The position numbers and the translations under genes are program-made. From assembly GCF_009914755.1 (NCBI RefSeq), contig NC_060928.1: a stretch of 64,000 bases of DNA. The stretch is one strand, 5' to 3'. The notes beneath the pieces were generated by a model. The model was not told the origin of the DNA. It saw nothing but the letters and a program-made list of their open reading frames with translations, and ran no database searches. Shown here one piece after another: positions 48,881 through 64,000 of the stretch; position 1 is the stretch's first letter; every line of letters starts with the position of its first letter. This DNA is from the human T2T-CHM13v2.0 reference genome, Homo sapiens.

Positions 48881-49845
48881 GCTCCCCAGCAGCCTTCCTC
48901 CCATGACACCAGCTTGTATGTTTTCTGTCATTATTCCAAATTACAGATGTGAAGCTGAAGCACACTGATGTTAAGTAGTCAGCCCAAGAGCTCTCAATTC
49001 TTTAGCTGTAAAGTCAAAATCTAAATCCAGATACTCTGGATCCATCTTCTTAACCACCACAGTTGAGTCCTCCTCCCACTCGCAGGCCAGAGAGTGTGTA
49101 TTTTTAGCCAAAAAGAGACATTTCTTCTCAACTTTAGACCATAGAACAGGATGAATCCAATTGACATAATTTACCTTTTTTCCTCTTCATCACCTCCTCT
49201 TACTCTCAGGGAACATTGACCAACTGAATATTTATAAAGAGCTTTTCTTTATTAACTTACATGGGGATGGAAAATACGTCTCTTTTGCCCTGAACTAGTT
49301 TCAATATTTGATTCTAACTCTGGAAACAAAACCTACAACGTAGGCTTATTAGAAGCTGCAAATTTGTACTAGAGAATAAGATATTTTCAACACACATGAT
49401 AGAATATTGATGTCTTATTGAGAGGGAAACATCTGCAAATAGGGAAGAAATTTGCACCATCCCAATAGATGGATGAGAAAAAGATCCAGATAGACTCCTA
49501 TATGAGACTATCAGTTGATTTAGAAAAGTACATGTTGATAGAAGTAATAATAGATCTCATTTATTGAGCATCTGCTGTTAAGACCTTACATGCATTGTCT
49601 CATTTCATCCTTATAACAACTCCATGCAATAACTCCATTTTATAGATGAGGAAAGTGGAGTTTGGAAATTTTAAGGATCCTGTCTAATTTGCCAAATGGC
49701 TAGGTTAGATTGCCCAATCTGTCTGATTCCAAAGTCTGGCTTCCATGCCATAACCCTGTATAGTCAAAAAGCCACTGTGAATTCAGTAATGGGTGGCATT
49801 TCTGTAGTTTATTAATTACAACAGCATCTTCATACATGTAGAAGA

Positions 49846-55735
<5,890 letters not shown>

Positions 55736-55851
55736 CCCAGAAGACAAATACCTTGAAAAAGAAAAGTGTGGCAGTGGAAAGAGTACTAGGCCTCCTGTCA
55801 GAAGGCCTGAGTTCTTTCCCAGTCCTGCCATTAACTTGCTGGGGAATCCTG

Positions 55852-56980
<1,129 letters not shown>

Positions 56981-57764
56981 CTTGGACAAATCCCTTCACC
57001 TTTCTGGGCCTCAGTTTCCCTATTATGAAATGAAGAGATTGGATAATATAGTCAGTAAAGTCTCCTCCAGCTTGAAAGTTTTATCGTTTTTTTTTCTTTT
57101 AATTTTTTGCTCTGTCTTATGGTGCTGAGAAAGTTTTATGGCTCTAAGCAGGCAAATGAGAAAGGGAAAAGAGAACTTTGACAAACTGGCTACTTTACAA
57201 ACTGCATGCCACCCCCAGCCTGACCATCTCTGGTTCATGTTCTTTGAGTGTGATAGGCTCTCAGGCAGTAGATTCTTCTCAGCCAGGTCAACTAGCCAGA
57301 GTCTTTCTCAATTAGGTTATGTGGAGATCTCTTATACTTACTTAAGTATCTTGAGAAAGAGCTTTGGAAGAGATATCTGTTATAAAGTCTGATGATTTAT
57401 AAACTGTCATGTATTTGAGGCCACTTTCTCATCACTTTGAGTTTTCAAAATTGGAGTTTCACTCAGGATGTGGAGGAAGAAAAAAAAATGGGATTACTGG
57501 AGATAAAATAACAGGCAAGAGATTAGATGTAAAGAGATTTAGATTAAATGTTAGGGTTTGAGAGGAGACTTGAAATGACAGTGAAAGAAAAATTTTCCAA
57601 AGCAAAAGAAGAGATATGGGGAGATAAGCAAATTAGTGACATAAGGGATTTAGTTTGCAACATCAGTAGGGAAAAAAAAAATGGAAAAGCAGAGCTTATA
57701 ATCTTATTTCTTGCTATATCAAAGTGGACATTTGTTGTTTTTGCCTTTCCTCTTCTGGTAACTG

Positions 57765-58685
<921 letters not shown>

Positions 58686-59521
58686 ACTGCATCCCACTGC
58701 TCCTTTGGGGAAATGTGGGAAACCCCTTTATTGCAAGTATACCCTACCAGTCATGGGGCTGCCTTTCTTTCTCTCTGTCTTTCTCTCTCTCTTCTCCTTA
58801 ACCACAGGTATGGAGTGGGCATTTGACCCAGGTGGGGCAATCTAAGCACCCCATCCCTGAACCCAGTTATTGTTCTAGAGGTGGGCACAAGACCCAAGCA
58901 GACCCAATCAAAATATTCCTTAGGGTTACATCATAAACCAATTCAATGAACTTTCACTATCTTCAGGGCTATTCTTCAGCGAGAAGCACAAGATGGTCTG
59001 ACCCTGGTGATCCATAGATGATAGGCAGTTCATTTCTATTTAGACATAGAGCCATTATTCACTTGGTACTTATTTCTAATAGCCTGTCTATGTCTCTGAG
59101 GAGCTGGAAGTTAAGTTAAATGATTCCCTCTTTTTCAAGTCACCTAAAGGCATTCCATTGTTTCTCTTGGGATCACTCAGGGTTTCTTAGACTTGGGAGA
59201 GCTTTGCTAATGGAGGAGGGATAAGGTGTGGAGATTACAGAAAAAGTGAAGGTCAAAGAATTCTCAACTGTGAGACGCAACAAAAGACACATGTTGTTGC
59301 CAAATGCAAAAGAGACTTCTTTAAAATATGTGTCATCAAATTCTGAACTGCCAGTTAAGAGCTATACCTTCAACTCCTCCTAAAATTCTCTCTCCAGTGC
59401 ACCTGAATATGAAGTTATTGTCATAAATCTCTAGGTGGCTGGAAAAGTCCTTTCACTACCAATGTCAGAAAGAGTGAAAGAGGGTCTAGCAGATTCCATG
59501 GAGTAGCAGCCAGAACTGTCC

Positions 59522-61790
59522 CGTATTAGTTTATTTTCATGCTGCTGATAAAGACATACCCAAAACTGGGAACAAAAAAAGGTTTAATTGGACTTACAGT
59601 TCCACACAGCTGGGGGAGGCCTCAAAATCATGGTGGGAGGTGAAAAGCTCTTCCTACATGGCAGCAGCAAAAGAAAATGAGGAAGAAGCAAAAGTGGGAA
59701 CCCCTGATAAACCCATCAGATCTTGTGAGACTTATTCACTATCACAAGAATAGCATGGGACAGACTGGCCGCCATCATTCAATTACCTGCTCCAGGGTCC
59801 CTCCTACACACGTGGGAATTCTGGGAGATACAATTCAGGTTGAGATTTCGGAGGTGATAGAGCCAAACCATATCATTTCTCCCCTGGCTCCCCCAAATCT
59901 CATGTCCTCACATTTCTAAACCAATGATGCCTTCCCAACAGTCCTCCAGTCTTAACTCATTTCAGCATTAACCCAAATGCCCACAGTCCAAAGTCTCATC
60001 TGAGACAAGGCAAGTCCCTTCAGTCTATGAGCCTGTAAAATCAAAAGCAAGCTAGTTACTTCCTAGATACAATGGGGGTACAGGTATGGGGTAAATACAG
60101 CCATTCCAAATGGGAGAAATTGGCCAAAACAAAGGGGTTACAGGGCCCATGAAAGTCTAAAATCCAGCGAGGCAGTCAAATTTTAAAGCTCCAAGATGAT
60201 CTCCTTCGACTCCAGGTCTCACATCCAGGTCACGTTGATTCAAGAGGTGGGTTCCCATGGTCTTGGGCAGTTCTGCCCCTGTGGCTTTGCAGGGTAGAGC
60301 TTCCCTCCCAGCTGCTTTTATGGGCTGTCGTTGAGTCTCTGCAGCTTTTCTAGGCACACAGTGCAAGCTGTCAGTGAATCTGCCATTCTGGGGTCTGGAG
60401 GATGGAGGCCCTCTTGTCATAGCTCTACTAGGTGGTGCCCAGTAGGGACTCTTTGTGGGGGCTCCAACCCCACATTTCCCTTCCACACTGCCCTAGCAGA
60501 GGTTCTTCATGAGGGCTCTGCCCCTGCAGCAAACTTATGCCTGGGCATCCAGGTATTTCCATACATCTTCTGAAATCTAGGTGGAGGCTCCCAAACCTGA
60601 ATTCTTGACTTCTGTGCACCTGCACACTCAACACCACATGGACACTGCCAGGCCTTGGTGCTTCCACCCTCTGAAGCCACAGCCCAAGCTATATGTTGGC
60701 CTTTTTCAGCCATAGCTGGAGTGGCTGGGTACAGGGCATCAAGTTCCTAGGCTGCACACAGCATGGGGACTCTGGTCCCAGCCCATGAAACCACTTTTCC
60801 TCCTGAACCTCCAGGTCTGTGATGGGAGGGGCTGCCAGGAAGTTCTCTGACATGGCCTGGAGACATTTTCCCCATGGTCTTGGGGATTGACATTAGGCTA
60901 CTTGCTACTTATGCAAATTTCTGCAGCTGGCTTGAATTTCTCCCCAGAAAATGGGGTTTTCTTTGCTATCACAGAGTCATGCTGCAAATTTTCCAAACTT
61001 TTATGCTCTGCTTCCCTGATAAAACTGAATGCCTTTAACAGCACCCAAATTACATCTTGAATGCTTTGCTGCTTAGAAATTTCTTCCATCAGATACCCTA
61101 AATCATCTCTCTCAAGTTCAAAGTTCCACAAATCTCTAGGGCAGGGGCAAAATGCTACCAGTCTCTTTGCTAAAACATAACAAGAGTCACTTTTACTCCA
61201 GTTGCCAACAAGCTCCTCATCTGCATCTGAGATCTCAGCCTGGACCTTATTGTCCATATAGCTATCAGCATTTTGGGCAAAGCCATTCAACAAGTCTCAA
61301 GGAACTTCCCACATTTTCCTTTCTTCTTCTGAGCCTTGCAAACTGTTCCAATCTCTGCCTGTTATCCAGTTCCAAAGTTGCTTCCACATTTTCAGGTATC
61401 TTTTCAGCAATGCCCCACTCCTGGTACCAATTTGCTGTATTAGTTTGTTTTCATGCTGCTGCTAAGGACACACCTGAAGCTGGGAACAAAAAAAAGGTTT
61501 AACTGGACTTACAGTTGCACATGGCTGGGGAGGCCTCAGAATCATGGCAGGAGGCGAAAGGCTCTTCTTACATGGCAGCAGCAAGAGAAAATGAGGAAGA
61601 AGCAAAAGTGGAAATCCCTGATAAACCCATCAGATCTCATGAGACTTATTCACTATCATGAGAATAGCATGGGAAAGACTGGCCTCCATGATTCAATTAC
61701 CTCCCCCTGGGTCTCTCCCACAACACATGGGAGATCTGGAAGATACAATTCAAGTTAAGATTTTGGTGGGGACCCAGCCAAACCATATAA
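59522..61790 (-). mobile_element. Full-length THE1 (MaLR) element: LTR ~59522-59875, internal ~59876-61435, LTR ~61436-61790
   Basis: Two homologous ~355-bp LTRs (minus-strand start TGATATGGTTTGGC). The THE1-int remnant ORF MLNGFAQNADSYMDNKVQAE... lies at 60898-61293. Confidence 0.88.
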
Positions 61791-62226
61791 TTGCCTAAGC
61801 CTGAGCTGCAGACAGGGATAGCCTCAGGTTCCTGAGGGAACATTTTGGTTTGCCTCTCTCTCTCTCTCTTTTTCTGTTACTCTATCTTCTCCTTTAGTTT
61901 AACCACAACCACTTCCTAGACCTTTCCATCAAAGATCTGCCATGTTGAGAGAGAGAAGAAAAATAGATTAATTTAATCACAAATAGAGGTGTGTGATGTG
62001 AAATGGCTGATATTGTGAAATGACAACTTGTATTATATTACATAAATTTCCCCTGCATTGTTATTGCTTTTTAAAAATGTGTAGTGTGGGAAACAAAAAT
62101 GTGACCTTATTTCTTAAGTGAAGTTTTGCCACGTGTATCCATAGCTATTAGGTTTAAACTCTTCATGGTTCTTCTTTGGACAACTGCCTTTTACAAACTA
62201 CAAGGCTGGTAATGCAGAATACATGA

Positions 62227-63063
<837 letters not shown>

Positions 63064-64000
63064 AAGCCATCCTCCCACCTCAGCCTCCCAAGTAGGTGGG
63101 ATCACAGGCATGAGACACCATGTCCAGCTAAATTTTTTTTTTTCTTTTGAGATCGAGTCTCTCTCTGTCACCCAGGCTGGAGTGCAGGGGCATGATCTTG
63201 GCTCACTGCAACCTCTGTCTCCTGGGTTCAAACAATTCTCCTGCCTCAGCCTCCCAAAGTAGCTGGGACTGCAGGCATGCACCACCATGCCCAGTTAATT
63301 TTTATATTTTCAGTAGAAGTGGGGTTTCGCCATGTTGGCCAGGCTGGTCTGGAACTCCTGGACTCAAGTGATCCTCCTGCCTTGGCCTTCAAAGTGCTGA
63401 GATTAGAGGCATGAGCCACTGCACCTGGCTCACAAGTCTTTTTGCGCTACTAGAACTGGTCTTAAACCAGATGAACAAGATGATACTTTTATGATCTTTC
63501 CCCTTCACACTGCCATTTCATTCACTCATTTATTCATATACCCATTCATTCATGCATTTAGGCCAGACACTGGGTGAGATGTTGAATATACTCTCAAAGA
63601 CGCATAGGCCAGTGGAAGAAATGGACAGTTAATCTAATGATTACAGCACAGTGAAGCAAGGGCTTTGAAGGGTGTATTGTGTGGAGGTTACTTGATGGCA
63701 GAGAAGGGGTGTGCAACAGGCTGAGAATTTTTGGTAAGGCTCCCAGGGGAGGTGAGATTTGAAGAACGAATAGTCTCTGGCTCAGAAATCCCTTGTCAGA
63801 GATGTATGTGCAAAGGCTGATCTTTGCACCAGACTTTATTTGAATGGCTCCACTTCCTGTTAGTGTTTCTTTGAACAACCACAAAAACAATAGTTTACTA
63901 TTCCCAGAATTGTGTTTAGTGCCTTGCATACATTATCTTACTTAAGTGTCACAACAGCCTCATGGTCTAGGTTCTGTTAGTGGTCCCAGTTTACACACAA

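Noticed and set aside
60898-61293. 131-aa ORF MLNGFAQNADSYMDNKVQAE...
   Set aside because: Remnant of the THE1 internal ORF, common to many copies; not a host gene.

Overview
Primate (almost certainly human) genomic DNA, dense in Alu, MIR, L2 and LTR repeats. The only protein-coding sequence I can support is the first coding exon of ELOVL6 (fatty acid elongase 6) on the minus strand: ATG at 40628, 89 nt, GT donor at 40539-40538. It is too short to appear in the ORF track. Positions 1-40539 are ELOVL6 intron, ~38500-41500 is CpG island/promoter, and >41500 is upstream intergenic DNA. That upstream DNA contains a TSD-flanked, internally deleted HERV-H/F-like provirus with an env remnant, a two-LTR THE1 element and several solo LTRs. 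Most listed ORFs are Alu, LTR or GC-richness artefacts. The most unusual observations are four. (1) A 74-bp inverted copy of neighbouring intron sequence lies ~60 bp from its source, with an (AAT)n tail and target-site duplication, resembling an in-cis retrocopy of the host pre-mRNA that creates a long hairpin. (2) A poly(A)-tailed, TSD-flanked copy of the 5' 23 nt of tRNA-Asp(GTC). (3) A uORF / candidate GC-AG intron / G-quadruplex architecture in the ELOVL6 5' leader. (4) A second CpG-island promoter with a candidate alternative first exon. All gene and repeat family names come from recall of consensus sequences, not from a search. Repeat boundaries are approximate.
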